Positions 23,254-38,500 of a DNA stretch of 64,000 nucleotides are shown here, piece after piece. A program made the translations under genes and the position numbers. This stretch comes from Takakia lepidozioides (Eukaryota; Plantae; Bryophyta), in the NCBI GenBank assembly GCA_030704615.1, contig CM060733.1, forward strand, positions 45,880,001 to 45,944,000. Reading direction: 5' to 3'. The notes beneath the pieces are model-generated. The model did no database searches. It had not been told where the DNA came from and saw only the letters and a program-made list of their open reading frames with translations. Positions within the stretch are counted from its first letter, which is position 1, and each line of letters begins with the position of its first letter.

Positions 23254-26200
23254 CTATGCTGGTTGGAGTTGCGATTGCTCCTTGGCTTGTAGACCTTGGT
23301 AGTAATCAACCAGGACTTTCCAACCCCCAGGGCACATAAAGCCATCTGGTGGACTCTCCCCAGTTCGAGCAAAGTTGCGCATCTGTAGCAGGCATCCACA
23401 GCAGCAATTAGGCTACAATCAGAGTCCTTCCAAACAAAATCACTCTATTCTAATTTCCTTCATGCAGACATTGACAATTAACTATGTCCTTACCAGCTAA
23501 GGCTTTTCGCGGCTGACTCCAATTCTTCCATCCTTGCACCGACAAGGGTCCCTCAAGGAAAGTCTACTAAGTCATCACTGTGGACTCATATGGGCCATCA
23601 TGAACATTAATCTCTCCTTGATCTACTCACTCAAATTCCAACCCCAGTATTGCTTTCATGTACCAACAAGCTTCCCGACATGCCAGCTCTCTTCCACAGG
23701 TAGATACTCACTCAGTGTAACACATATTGATAGCACAACCCACCTTGGTTCCAGATATAAACTGAAAATCTTGCGCCCTTGATGGATCAAAAAAAGCCAT
23801 CTCACTCTTCGTCTTATCATATGCCGCCACCTGATGATCCACATTTTTTTAGTTACAAGATATACTCTAATTGCAAAGGCAAGTAGGAAGTCGAAACATG
23901 TGAGCCAAGCGGGATCTCAGGACTATTTGTTCCCTGGGCATGCTGAAATGGTCAAAATGAATGAGCCCTCTGCGCACCAGCTATCTCTTCCATTATGTGA
24001 TGGCCCAACTGCATTTACATTCATATTACCCAGAGTGGCTACCAAAATTTCAATTGGATCACACAATCTCTACCCAGTGGTCATACCCTGAAGGGCAGGA
24101 TGTTGAGGCGCTCAAGGCCAGGCGCCAAGCTTAGCACCATCTTTCCATGGTCTGGATCATAGAGGTCCCGCTTCTCTGTTGGGTGACCCATACCAGCTGG
24201 ATCTCGACCAACAATATAGAAGTCGGCCCCTGCATTGATGCGAGCCTTAGCATGCCACTGGACCTCTGTTGGCCCTGCATAATGCATAGGAGATGGAAAG
24301 ATAGCCACCACTGTCGTTTCAGGATCTAGAACTCCTGCTTCCAGCACCTACAAGCAAAAGGCGATCAAGATTGGAATTCTTTTAGAATGGTTAATTGTAA
24401 AATTGGACACAAAACGACAAGACCACCACCACCACCACAAAACCTCCCATCGTCTCTCGCAGTGGTACTGATCCTACCATCTCCTCATCATCGCTGTCCA
24501 CCACCTTTGAGAGGTGACCTCCAGGTCTGATCTTTACGAGATAGAACAAGCCAAGGTCTGCAGTGCACAATCCCACTTCTTTCTATTCGCTGCTACACCA
24601 CCCAATTTTCCACTAGTTTTCCAATATGACAAATATTGTGGTAGAGTGACTCTGAAATCCATAGGACATGGCTTGTCAATTGGTCGACCTACTGCAATAA
24701 TTATCATTTGAATTATTCAAAACAACAAAAAATAAACACAATAAGGCTGATGCAATAAAATCTCCTGAAACAAGCAAGGTAAAAGCAATCAGAGAGAAGG
24801 CCACTTCCCTGCAAGATTAGATTTCCATTTCAATGAAGATGGGACCTTGAAAAAAAAGAAAAAAGAAAAAAGTGGACATATGTTGTGCTACTTTCATCCA
24901 CAACAGTAGGAAGAGAGAGATGTTTTACTCAATGACCGTTCTCTCATGTAAATTTATTGTGTCATACTCTGGAGAGGGAGAAGAACTAACTTTATCATGT
25001 TGTTTCATACGCCACTCCAGAGGCACATCATCTGCCTTGGTGTAGCCTCCCAATGGGTGTAGCAGCAGCAGCGGGTTCTTGTAGCCCATCTCCAATAGCC
25101 GGCGGCGCGTATCTGTCATCAGTAGTGCATGTCCATTGTGCACAGGGTTGCGAAGCTGAAACGCAAACACAGCATCTGCCTGCAAGAGAACACCCATATT
25201 TATATGTTCATTCTGTAGTAACCCATGGATAGACTAGACCACTACAATTAACTCGTTATGGAAAGATGGCTACCTGTGATTTTGGCTTCTTAGACAGGAC
25301 CCTTGCATGTCATCTGAAAAGATACCTTGCCTCACTCCAGTAAGAGTTGAAGAATGTATCCTAGATTGTATATCACATAAGCTGCATTGCCTGATGCATT
25401 TACACATTATTTGAACACCATACCTGTCGCCTCTCAAATTCAGCCCGCAACTGCGCCGGTGACAGCCTGTAGTGGTCCAATCCATCATTGTACTTGATAG
25501 GCTCCAGGACCTCCAAGTCACCACCAACCAGCCAGTCTCCACTCCTGGCTATTGCTTCCTCAACATAGGGTAGGCCTGGTGCAATTGTGCCCCACGTCCG
25601 CGCAACACGCTCCTCCTTATTGTGCTTGTAGATCTCGATGCTGCAAAATATATCCAGCACTAGTACCATTCAGTAAATGATAAATTCAAGGTCCCAGCAA
25701 CCCTGGAAAGCCCAGTCTTCAGAGCTCTGCCATGAGGAAAAGCTAAGCATGAAGATGACATACTAAACAACACTTTGTACTCTGGCCCTCCAAGTTTTTA
25801 AAATACTAAAAACCAGGGATAAGTAAAGTAACCCAATCATCTTATGCCACAATGGAAGACACTTGGATCTTAGCTAGCCACTAGCCAAAATCGGGATCCC
25901 CAAACACATTCATGCGAAAGTATATGGATTACCTACAAAATTCAGTACATGCTCAAACAAGGAAAAATGAAATGAAAATTAATACAACCCCTCTTATGCC
26001 AACGCCAAAAGGCAGACAAGAACCACAGCAATGAGCGAAGCCCTCTTCACTGAGAAAAACTGGTGTGCAGCAGCGAAACAAAGTATTACCCAAAGCCAAT
26101 ACATAAATTTTTTTTGACACTGCAGTACCAGTAACTTGACAATTAATTGCTCCCCTTACATAACTCAAGCTAAACTGAAGCTTGCAAAGTTCAGCCTTGT

Positions 26201-27236
26201 GAACTGAACCTGTGAACCAACCAGGAAAATTCTGGGTGAGGAAGGTCCATGACTGCTCAGTTCACTCGCTGAAGCATCCTCTCACACAGTGCGCACTTGC
26301 AGGCCAGGATAATCCACTGAACTCTACTCCCTCACTGCTGGTTGCATTTTACCATGGATCAACTGATCAAGGCTCCTGGTGTATCATCAGCGCTCTCCCA
26401 CAGTTTGGACAGAAATCGCACACCAAAAGCTGTGCAAAAAACTAATTCCACTCGAAAGGCAAGAGGTGCACACCTCCTCACGATCCTAACTCACTAAACT
26501 TTGACACATTCGAACAGAAAGACCAAGAGAGAAACGCAAAGTGCCCAGACAGAAACTTCTCACTCACCATGACCTTCAGAATTCCCCACAACTCAGACAA
26601 TAAGATGAAAGCACGGATAATTCTAAAATCTCCAACACAAAGACAACGTGGGTTGAAAAGAACTGACTTGCGAAGGATGGCGACGTGATTGCCAGAGGGG
26701 CCTACGAGAGTGACAGAGGTGACTTCTGCCAAGCCATCCTTCTGCTCGTCGTTGATGGCAAGCACAATGGGTATGGACATGTTGACGAAGCTTCCGTCGG
26801 GCATACGCATGCTATTAAAATGCAGAGCTTGCAAATACTCGTGCTGGCGCATGAATCCCCTGAGAGGAGATGCCCATCCTTCCGCCACAACATGCACCCA
26901 CTCCAAATCCACTCGGGAAATTCTAATTTGCGGTAGTGATGCAGCCTTGGCTTTCTTCACCAACTTCTCCGCCTCTGCAACGTGCAAGTCCACCAGCACC
27001 CCACCATCCGGAGCTATCAAGCTCTCGCGCACCCGCCCAGCTAGTCCAATCGAAGCAGCGCAAGCCAACTCTGTTGCACGCCTACTCCCCCGAGAGTGGA
27101 GTGCAAAGGGAGCAGACCCAAGCCGTCTCACAGAGTGAAAAATTGATGGCCGCTTACATGGCACTGAAACTTGACTTGCTATCGAAGTGACAGCAGGAAC
27201 CCTCAATATACCTGCTGTTGCCACTGTCATTTCCAT
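23254..27236 (-). CDS. APS: ATP sulfurylase (sulfate adenylyltransferase), plastid-targeted
   Basis: Six exons: 27236-~26670 (transit peptide, [19 protein letters not shown]), ~25640-25423, ~25179-24991 ([13 protein letters not shown]), ~24347-24087 ([11 protein letters not shown]), 23830-23744 (VAAYD...FISGTK), 23382-23254 (MRNFAR...[14 protein letters not shown]...*). Confidence 0.97.
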
Positions 27237-27813
27237 CACAATCTCTCTCTCTCTCTCTCCCACACAGAACACACAATTTCACCTTCTCTCTCTCTCTCTT
27301 TCTCTGTCTTTCTCCTCGAGCCCACTCTGCCCTCACTGTGGTGGAGCAGTGATATAAAAGAGAGAGGGCAGGCAGGCCGGCCCTGTCTGGAGCGGAGCAG
27401 AGCGCAGACAGGAGCAGCGGCAGCTTCAACGGTAAAGGGAAGCAGCGCCTTCTTGTTCCTGCAGTTTGCCCCACCACGCTGGTGCACTGCACCTGGTCAC
27501 TGCTACATCTTATCCGCATCTTTCAGCTACCCCAGATTAAAGTTAACCCCTATTAATGTTAACCCCTACATCTCATCCACCCTTGCATGCATTCATCTGT
27601 CCGGTCGACAGATGGATGCTGTTGATATAAGCAAATTAAGGCCAAGTGGCTCTTAATTACGCCGGTTTCGGCCGGAGACCTCTCTCTCTCTCTCCAAGCC
27701 CGACCACAAACTCATGTTATCTAGGTTAATCACTTCACAACCCATTCAGGATTACAACAAGGCAATCGTCACACTCCCAACAGAAGAAGATTTCGGCCAA
27801 AGCCTAGCCGGGT

Positions 27814-28093
27814 ACTAAGAGGCACTTCACCTTACGGCTACTTGCCCCTTTTGGGGGTGGGCCCTATATGAACAAAATGGGTGGTCCCATCTTATTTGCA
27901 GGTTTGTTTGCTGGCTCTCTTGTAGAGAGAGACTTTGCGGAAACATGCAAGTCAATGGAGAAAATGTGGTCAAAGTACCTTAGAGTGTGTCAAGGTACTG
28001 ATTGGTGTGTTGTGCTGAGTCATGCGCCCTAGTCTTACCTTCCACTTTATAGGGCCCACCCTTGAAAGGCCCTAAGGTGAAGTGGCCCTTAGT
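27814..28093. mobile_element. Tourist/PIF-Harbinger-like MITE, ~280 bp, upstream of APS
   Basis: Imperfect terminal inverted repeats actaagaggcacttcacctta / taaggtgaagtggcccttagt plus an inner pair gggtgggccctata / tatagggcccaccc. TAA and TTA sit at the ends. Confidence 0.65.
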
Positions 28094-28199
28094 TATGTTG
28101 GCTTCAGCCGGAGTTGTCTCTCTCTTCTTCTTATGTTGTGCCAAAGTAAAGCAAGAGAGCCAATTGCAGTTTGAGGCTTGTTCTACTACAATCTTGATT

Positions 28200-31180
28200 A
28201 CCTAGGCACCCTTTTATGTTATCCCACCTCTACTTGCTTAATGTCTGCACCACAACCTGTAGTACATGACCACATCATTTGTGGAACTTACTACCCAAAT
28301 ATCGTTTGGAGCCTATATAACATTGGCTTGCTAAACTATTCACCCCTTCCATTCATCGCGCAAGAGTCACCCAACCCGTAATATCTAAAACTTTCAATCT
28401 ATAATCACCTCCACAAAGCCCCACTATGGTATCTATACCCCATATCCAACCGACACATAATAATACAACATCCACCTAAGTGCTTGAAAAAATACAAAGC
28501 ATAACCCGGAAAATGCGTGTGGACCAATTTGCAAATTGAAAGAAACTCCTTCTAAACATAATGACAACCTCTTCGATTGCCATGCAACCCATAATCTGCA
28601 AATATACTATTCAAATGGTAACTGAATACCATCGTCAAACCAAAACTAACCATCTGGCACATATCCATAACCAACATGCTACAAAGCCACAAACTTTGAT
28701 AAACGCTTCATTAGTCCACCAAGAAATTTACAGAATCTACATGTCTCTTGTTGAATGTAAATCCACATATGTATTACGAACTGTGATGCCCCAAACTTTC
28801 CTCATCACAAATTTACCTTATTCATCCATAGCGGCGATACTCATTCATAGTATAAATTTTTGGCTTAAAATATTGTTGAACCCTTACAAAGATAGCATAG
28901 CCAGGGTTAGTTATGGCTGGTGACTGCATCATGGCCGTTCAATAGATCTAGGGTTTTGATGTGGAGTCGCGGGCTCAGCCTGATCCACCTCGCCACACAT
29001 CAGGAAGACATGCAGCTAGGGTTTGTATAAAGTGGCAGCCTGACCTTGTGTCAGGCAGCTGATGTACTCTAGTGTATGTAGATGTGGAAAGCTGTTTGAT
29101 TGCGACAAGTGTGTATGATTTTTTGTCAGTTCGCTCGTTGAGATCCTTCTCTCGCCTGCATGCACGCTCCTCTTGTTTTCCCCCTTGTTGGTTTGAAGAG
29201 CACTTGAGAGGATAGGCAGATATTCCTCCCGCTTCATTTAAGGCTTCACAGAACTCAACCCCATATCCAGACCAGTGTTGGACCGGTATATGTATTTTTA
29301 AATACCAAACTGGTATAAGTATGAAGGATCTGATCCCTTGTGCATACGAGGCTGGTAAGGGTATGGTGGCAGGTTTGACCTGGTAGAGTACTAATGGTAT
29401 CAATAGGGTAAGAGGACTTGTAAAATGGATAATATATGAATATGATATTGGTATTGATTTATTTTTATATTCATACTGGGGGTATATGAACGTTGGTATA
29501 ATTTCTCTAAAGCTTCTGAAGCACCAACCAGAGGCTGCAAAGGCGATCACAATAAAACAAGAAAAGTCCTAACGGACCGCATTAAAAGTTGAGGGCAATC
29601 TGGCTGCCAAAGGAGATTCTTGTAATTCGGGCGCAGTCACGAATCATTTCATTGAAGAGAGTTTGTTGTGCAGCATGGGTGCTCAACCCAAACGGCCTCT
29701 CCCTACTTGTACTGAGCTCCATCGCCACTTGCAACCCTCAATAATGGTATCGCAGTATAACAACAGCGACAACCCAGGCTGGTTGGTATCGACGAGCAAA
29801 TCCTTAACTCAATATCCACCCCCGTAGGTTATGCACCTGGGTATAATGTTCTTGCATACCAGTAGGGTATGGTTCTTCATACCATTACTCATACCTTTAC
29901 TGAATACTCAAGTCTGGCATATACACCGGTCCAACACTGATCCAAATCCACTCCAACATGGCCTACACATATGGACCATTAGGTTATTACATTGAGAACA
30001 TATCACTCAAGATCTGACTATGGGGAAAATTGCATTCAAACCGCCTACACAACTTGGATCCCTACACGTCATCAATATTTGCACTGGAAGTGTCAAGACT
30101 TCTTCAATGCTATGCACAAGACCTTCTTCCCAAACACCCAAGCATAATATACGAACTTTTTCTTGTGCACATACTTCCCACATCTCTCCTAGACTTCATT
30201 ACCACAAAGTTTTGTGTCTCTCATTCATACTAATCTAATCATCTCACATGTCCACTAGAAAAGACAAGTGTAAAGGACAAGCTACTCCAGTTTATACGAA
30301 ACTGATTGATGCTTTGGTTCCCTAGGTTTAGCAAGATCCCATCAATGGCAAGGGCGTGGCTTCGCGCACCCCCAAATCTAAGTTTAGCTGGTGAAGCAAT
30401 ACATTCGGTATGCACAGTTGCCCATGCATCCAAGGAAGCTGTTACCATATTATTTATTCCACACAACATTAATCACACCAACAACGATCATGCTACACTG
30501 GCAAGCCCCAAGAGGGTTCACATTTGTCATATTTGACCCTGGCTTAATCATATATGAGTGCCTCCCGCCATTATCGGCCATATGGAATATCATGAACCAT
30601 CATTAGCTAAACTCGGTTGTATACACCATTCCAACAATCCACAAATACCAGACTTTTTCTTTTCACAATCAACACAACTACCTCACAGCTACTCATTCAC
30701 TTATTTGATCCCATAGCCACGGTTTATGCGTCAATCCAAATGCCCCATCCCAAATCAACCCAGATAAACCCTAGAATTTGGCAGCTTCGAGACCACTTTG
30801 GAGATCGCCACAACAACCTTTTGTCATACCAATTTCGGAGTTCACAAATCACTCTCCACTAAAATTTGCTCATAATCAATGCATATATACAGATGGCTCA
30901 ACCTTAAAAGATGGATATGCAAGTTATGACAGTTATTCTGATGGCACTAACTTCCTGTCTCAACCTACTACCTTTTTACAGACCGCTTGGTCTCTCTCTA
31001 CTCTCATAAACCAAAACCTAAATTAACCCCCTCACAAATCCACCGCCCTGATCTTAATTTTATTAAAACAATATAGTTGTTGTAGACTCCTCATCACAAC
31101 AAATACACCTACACAAAGTCCACTCTCACATAGACATTACAAGAAATGAAATAGCCGACCATCTTGCACAACTTGTTGGA
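28200..31180 (+). mobile_element. Highly degenerate LINE with RT and RNase H remnants
   Basis: A/C-rich strand bias, RT-like LEPI*HWL (~28310), RNase H motifs CIYTDGS (~30880) and LHKVHSHIDITRNEIADHLA (~31110-31170). Interrupted by a hAT-like MITE. Boundaries approximate. Confidence 0.6.
29273..29939. mobile_element. hAT-like MITE, 667 bp
   Basis: TIR cagtgttggaccggt / accggtccaacactg. The 8-bp flanks atccagac / atccaaat match at 6 of 8 positions (degenerate TSD). Many subterminal ggtat/atacc motifs. Confidence 0.8.
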
Positions 31181-32543
31181 GCCATTCAACTATCAAGTCA
31201 TTTTCCTATAATGTGAAATTAATTAGAATATATCTAGTTATTTGTATTTTAGCACTTGAATTAGTTCAAATATTAAGTCAGATGTCAAGATAAACTTAAC
31301 TGCGTGTTGAAAAGAAAGGAAACCAAATCAAGCATTTGAAATGCAAAGATCGCTACCTCGAAATCGAGCAATCAACAACTTGTTTGGACTCTAAAATGTC
31401 CTATGGTACTCATAATTCCTCTACAACTCTAACAACCACCTCTAACTGGTGGCATGCACATTTTGACAAACTCCTCCGCAACTCTAAATCCGTTACCTAT
31501 ATACAATTTAACACCGCTTCTACACGTAACTATCAAGCTTCATGTTAGGTCAGTCTTTCACATAAGAGACTTTGTGCAAAAAGTTACAAACAGTGTAACA
31601 TACTAGATCAAATGTGAAGTTTCGCGTAAACACCACACAATGTACTTACTCAGCACAACATGTCAAGCATGCATTAGATTATTCATCTAGGGATTACATT
31701 CATTTATAAATATGGATGAAATATTCCAGGTACATCTCTCTCTTTTATAATCGAGAGTATGGGTACAATATTGGAGAACCCTTTTAGTAGTCTGCCGACA
31801 AAATAATCGTGGGCTGACTACTGCGGCGTGCTAAAACACATGAGCTACATTATCCTCTAGCCCTCATGCTTGCAGCATTGTAATGTGAGAGGGAGAGAGA
31901 GAAGGAGGGGGGGGGGACAATAACTAAGAGCCTCCTCAGATCAAAGGTACTGCCCTCTTTGGAGGGTGAGCTTTCATGAACTGGAATTTAACGGTAAATG
32001 AGACGAAGTCCACAGAAGGTCCATTTAACTTGACTCCATATCTCGAGTTCCACCATATTGATACTCTGCAAGTCAGGCATCCAAGCCTTAAATGCCAAAC
32101 AGCTATTGTTTGCAATGCAAAGACTGGTGACTTTTTTGCATACCAACAGATATCATAAGGAACCAACTTTAATATATATACAGCCATACCCCAAATCATA
32201 GGTGGTAAGAATGCAGAAGAAAAGGTCAGCAGTTGATAAAGAGTACCCAGTGAGGTTCTTGGGAAATGAAGAAACTGACAGGAAAGGGAAGGCCTACGAG
32301 CATGACACTCTCCCTCTCCCCCCCCCACCCCACCCATAGCTGGTTGCTGAATATTCACCGACCAGGCTGAGAGAAATGACCTGAATGACCACTCTCTTTA
32401 AACAGTGGCAAAGACATACTATTGAGAGCTGAGGTCCAGTCGGACACTGCTCCCCACCAGGGTATATCAAACTACCAGACATTCTACAATGCTCATGCGC
32501 AGAAGATAGACACAGAGGACAATATGTGGGAGTACTGTTTATC

Positions 32544-35500
32544 TCAAGAGTTGGTTACTTTACCTGAGAGTTGTGAACGAAGCTTGTTCCTCTCAGCTTC
32601 GGCCTCCATGCATTGCCACTCTATCTGGATGTCACAGCAAAGTTTCAGTTTCAAACTACAGTGGATCCACAAACATTCAATGGGGAGAGAAAGAGAGAAG
32701 GTTACAAAAGAACAAATATCAGCACATTCCAAATGTTGCATGAAGGTGAAGTGTCTTGTGGGAAAGCTGCTAAACAATTGATCCCTCATAACAAGGCCTC
32801 TGCCAGGGACCTAACAAACGTGCACGTACAGAGCCTATGGCACAAAAATTCATAACAAACAAAAGCACTAGAAAATCCAGCCTCAATCATGAGACAGAGC
32901 ACCTTGTTAAGAGAAGGGAAGAAATGAAATGAAATGATACTCCGTAAAGTCCACAGGAAGCTCGAAGCAAAAGAAAGAGACTTTACAATGTCCACATTGA
33001 AAATGAAAGAAATGAAGTTTATAATCTCATCCATCAGCACAAGAGCCCTTGGATGATAAATCATAACAATCAAAAGCACTAAGTACAAAGAGAAGAGAAG
33101 AGAAAAGAGCACAGCATACAAGAAGCGAGACAGAAAGAAGAAAGAAAAAGAATTATTACGTCCATTAGAGGCCCAGAGCACCATTGGACACAGTAGAACA
33201 GTAGTCTGTGGCAATCCCTTTGTCCCTCTGCACTTCATGTTACAAGCCACCACTTTTTCAGAATAGCTCATTATAAAATGCAGGTTTGTCTGTCCAGTGA
33301 GGATGAACATTTAAGTACTACTTGAAATTACCTCTTCCTTCTTTCTCATGAGAGCTGCATTGACTGTCTGCTGTGTCTCTAACTGGACGGAAGCACTGTC
33401 TAGAGCTGCCAGCAATCGCTCCACTTCCTTCTCTTTTTTGTGCAACTCTTTCTTGCGGGCCTGCCCACAAGTGAGGCGCGATGAAAAATAGTATTTACGA
33501 AGGGCTGGTAGAACACCATGTAAGAAAAATTAAGATTGGTTAATTGTTGAAAGATGTAGTCATTGACCATTCCCTCTGAATGATGCTGAAGAACCTTGCA
33601 ATATGCTGTTAGGGCTAGGGTCCAATATTGAGGCCTCTTCACTCTTTCTGCATAAGAATCCCAACATAATCTCTGCATATGTTTGATCTGGATGGAAAGA
33701 TATGGGGCTTGAGAAGAACATCTGCCAAAGTAAAATTACTGACCTCCACATTCTGGAGGGCTGCAGCATGCTGTGATTTCAGCCCATTGACCTGCAAGTT
33801 TCATAACTGATCAGTTTGATTAATCAAATAAAAGTCCACAATATCATATTGGTAGAGAGGTGAAACCGCCAGCAAGTGGGCCAGGTCAACTACATTACAA
33901 GCGAGGATTTGATTTCCAACAAGAAGCTACACGAAGAAAGAGACAGGAGGGAGTGCTGCCAGATAGTGTCCAAATAGTTCTGATGTGAAGTTGATGCCTG
34001 CTATCCACCTCATGACCTCGGCGTCATGGTGATTTAAACTTGCTATAAAGAAACCAATGCGACTGGAGAGAGTAAGCAATTGGTATCCGATGGATGAAGG
34101 GGCCTTGACAAAGAGCAAAGAAGTAACTCTGGACATGCTGATGCCCACACGCAGCTATTGAGGATTATGACTACTGGTGCTGAATTGCTAGCAATTTCTT
34201 GCTACCAGATTTATATGAACACAACCAGACAGGTAAATCAGCAAAGAGAACTTAATCCCTGGTTCATCAAGAAGGAAGATGTGTAAGAGCCTTCAAACTC
34301 AGATCTAGGGCACCAGGATCATACATTAGGAAGCGCTACAAACTCCACCAGACAAAATGTGTACATAGTGAATACAAAGTGGGTTCTTGAGCCTTTGGAG
34401 AGTAGAGAGCAACCCTTTCGGTAGTTTCTCGGAGAGTAGTTATAAGACCACGGGCATCGGATTCAGCATGCTGCCGTTGGCGCAATTCCACCTCGCACTT
34501 CTCCTGCAAAACCTTCCTCTCTTCCTCCAGAACCCTAATCCTGCATTCGACCAGAATCATTCTGAAAATCTCAGCACAAAATTAACACAAGGAGAGACCT
34601 CACTTCCTACCTCCCTTGAACTTTAGACAGTCCCAAGTTTCCTTCAAAATATCACCACATGACTGCCCAATGAAGGAAGCAAGCCAGAGGGATGGAAAGA
34701 CAAGTGAAGTCCCCAGTAAACATACATGCACCTACAGAACCAAGGTAGTTGCTCCTCCATTCCTGACTCATCCAGTGATGCCATGGAAGTGATAGATTTT
34801 GTGACCAAGTTCTGAGTCAAGCGTACAAACTCGGCAAGACCTATTTGGAAATTTTCAATTCAATCATTTTACATTTTGTTGGATGAGAAACAGTGACCAG
34901 CCTTTGATGGCAGTACACATCATCATAGGACGTCATATGGATATTGTTTCGTACAATGTCTATCATTCAATTTCAGGTGTCACCAACAATGGGAAACTTG
35001 CTATGTCTTCATGGTCCCTGGCCCATCACAAAAGGTAAGGAGAGCTTGGCCAAGCCTGAAGTAATCCAGCATTTTATTATTGAAAAGTAGAGAAAATGGA
35101 TATGCTGCACCTGTCCCTCGTTTCCATGAGGGTCTCCTCCAGCCAATCACGTGTGGCAGTGACATGTGCTAATCGCTCATTTGCAGTATGCAGCTTTGTT
35201 TGCCACTCGCTCACTGCCCTGCCCTCCTCCCTCTGCAGCCTCTCAAGTTCTGACTCACAAGCCTCTGCCTGCACACATTTACCCTTTCTGAGTAAAGATT
35301 CTGAAGAGAAAGAAGACTCGGAGAGACTAAAACATTGTACTGCAGAAAAGTATGTGAATGGACATTAATGTTTAGGTTGATCATTGACTACATTACACGG
35401 TAGGCATGAGGGCCATGTTGTGGTCAGAAAGTGTTTGTATGCAAAAGAAAATAGCAAGGTTTGGCACACCTTCGTGAGAGTGCCCCGTACTGCATCTTCA

Positions 35501-38500
35501 ATCTCAGCAGACGCTTCTTCCAGCCATTGTCCTCTTGACAGCTCTATCTGCATCAAAAATTTTAGCAAGGTGGATAATCAGTAAATGCTGCACAAGGACT
35601 CACTCACAAAAGAACAAACCTTAATAATAAAGGGTGGAAGCTGGGGAGAGTGCATGGAGGCACAGGAGGTACGATAAAGGTAAAGAGGAAATGGAGGACC
35701 TGATTGAATGGTTGGGTTATGGTTTGGTGTAGAATCATAAAAGGGTAAAATATGGCGAACCAAGTTGAACCCCCCTTGACCATGACATGAGTACCACACC
35801 AGTGACTGCCATGTAAGCAGACCTTCGCCAGGCGGGCCTTGATGTGGCAGCTGGAATGCTGTGCCTGGGGAACCCCATAAAAGAGCCTGGGTTAGTGGGC
35901 ACTCAGGTGGAAGCCCCAGTCAGCTGGGTGCAACTCTTTCCCAACCTCTATTTTCCCCTCGTTCTCTGGGAACCCTGGTGTATGGGGACAAGGTTGCAGC
36001 AAGTATAGTACTGAGTGTTTGTTGGTTGGTGGGGTTTGGACACCAGGGGGATTCTCAAAAGAGATTTGGCACTTGCAGGTGAAGAATCAGCAAAGAATGG
36101 GCTGTGGTAAGCCCACCTACTGGCCTATACTGCCAAAGTCAGGACGCCATGAATACTCAGATTCCTGCCATCACAAGAGCTAAGGAAGGCTGAGAGAAGA
36201 GTACCTCTTTCTCTAATTGTTGTTGTCTTTCTTTTGCTGTTCGGAGTGCGGCCTCACTATGCCGCAGCTGCAAGGCATTTGCAAACCATGAACAGCATCA
36301 GCCTCGAATCGACCAACAATTCAGCAATGAGAAGGTTCGACTGAAAAGTGGTTTACAAGAAATGGAGCACTGCACCATGTCCTATACCAAATGAATCTAG
36401 TACTACTGCACAAAGAGGAAAATCTGTTCCAAGATGCCAAAGTGGCAGACCAGAATAGATCTTGTGCCTTGTTGAGACAGAAGCGTAAGAACTGGATTGG
36501 ATGGTCAGGAGCACAAAAACATCCGGCAACTGAATTTTGGTCTATAAGCATGATGCTCTATGCTGTACACAGCATGAGAACACTCTTCGAATACTGATAT
36601 ATAAACTTATGGAACAAACATGCCAAGTCTTCCAAGTCAATGTGTGCCACAAATATAGACAGTGAGGTGCAATATAGTCATGCTTCCAGCTGTCAAATCT
36701 AGGTGATGTACATTTGAGCCTGGTTTCTACATTAAAATGCCCTAGAGAGAGAGAGAAGGATGAAACTACAGTGTTCATGGGGAGAGGGGCTTCAGGGGAC
36801 AGGGGAGTGTTTTAGTATTCTTGATGGGACATTTCCTTCTTCATTCTTTCCACATATTAAAGGGAGCGCAATAGAATGGGCTGTGTAGGAAGCCAACGAG
36901 AGGGCACACAGGAGATGAGTGCACAGAGAATGCATACTCAATGGCTATAACACCTTCATTAGAAAGACCATGTTGTCTGCCGTCACACGTGCCACCACCT
37001 GCCAGCATAAGCAATACACGTAGAGAATAGATAATGAGAGAGCACAAAGAAACAGAGTTTCACTGTTCATGGTCTGCAGTAAGGGACAGAACAAAACAAT
37101 GACAAGCACAGGAGGTCCACAGTAGAGCCAAGGGAACACCAAAAGAGCATATAAAGTACCCCAGACATTGCTTGGAGACAAACAGGCTCCTCTCAGGTGG
37201 TACATAGTTCATAGTGGAAGAGAAGGCTAACCTCTTTGTAGCGTTCAACTTGAGCTGAAAGGGTGGAGGGATTCTTCTCAGCAGAATGGTCATTAGCCAC
37301 AGCCTTGAACTCTTTTCCTTTCTTGAACTTTTCTAGCTCTTGCTTCAGCTTCTCCTTCTCTGATCTGTAAACCCCACCTTCACCTTTCCTCCACATCAAA
37401 AGCAAGCAACCTCTGGTTTTCTCCTTCCTGATCTTCCTCTCTTTCCTTATCTAGACAAGGCTCACCACCTTAAAAGAAGCTCTTGAAGTTGCATACAAAT
37501 ATGAAAGGTGTGGTGGCTGGTTGTTGGGGACCCCACTTTTCTGTTTTTCCTATTTTGCTTTGTTACGTGAACTCTTTGTAAAACGTCCACAGGAAGCTCA
37601 AAGAGCTTAAGGGGCAAGGGAAAGCATGAAACAAGAAAGAGAGCCCTCCACAAGAAGCCCAAAATGGAAAGTAGCAGATATAGGAAATACACTATATTAC
37701 ATGCATAGAAAGAAACAAATGAAATGAATTGGTACTTTATAACATCCGCGGAAAGCTCAAAGGGCTTATGGGACAAAAGGGAAAAACAAGAAAGAAGAGA
37801 CAAAACCACAGCCAAAGCAGCCCAAAAGCAACTACTACTCAAGGGAGTGCCTAAGGGTCAAAGCCTCATGCAGCTAAGCTGCCAAGCATCCTTGCAATGG
37901 AAGACTGACAAGAATAGACAGTTGTTGAATCTCCCACGGATCTCATAGTATAGAGGGCAATAAAAGAAGAAGAGTTCTTCAGTTTCGATTTCCTGGTTGC
38001 GCGGAGCACGCTGGGCATAGGCGATCTTCCTGTTGCAGGTTTTCCCATCTACCAGTCTCTATCCATAGATAGTGCGAGCCCACCCTGAACCGCCCCAACG
38101 CCCTCAGGAGGGAGGGAGGTAGCGCCGAAAGGTAATTGGGCCGTAAGATTCTATCGTCACGGAGAACCAAGAATATCTCCCAATAGAAATGGAGAAACAA
38201 ATGAAATGGTACTATATAACGACAAAGATCTAAGAAAGAAACTTCATAACGTCCATAGGAGAGAGAGAAGAACTGAACGAAGTTTATTCCAACCAGGGAA
38301 GAGACCCACTTGCCCCTTACTAAGGATGTTTCTAAGCCAATTATTGCAAGAAACCTCAAACCTGAGGCTGGAGATCTCCAACAGATGCTTTTCCCGCTCC
38401 GCCTCCTTCACACGCACTTGCTTCACAACCCAATCCAATATTCTCTACTTCAACTTCCCACACCATAGTGATGTAAACAGTCACTTCCGATTTCCTTCAG

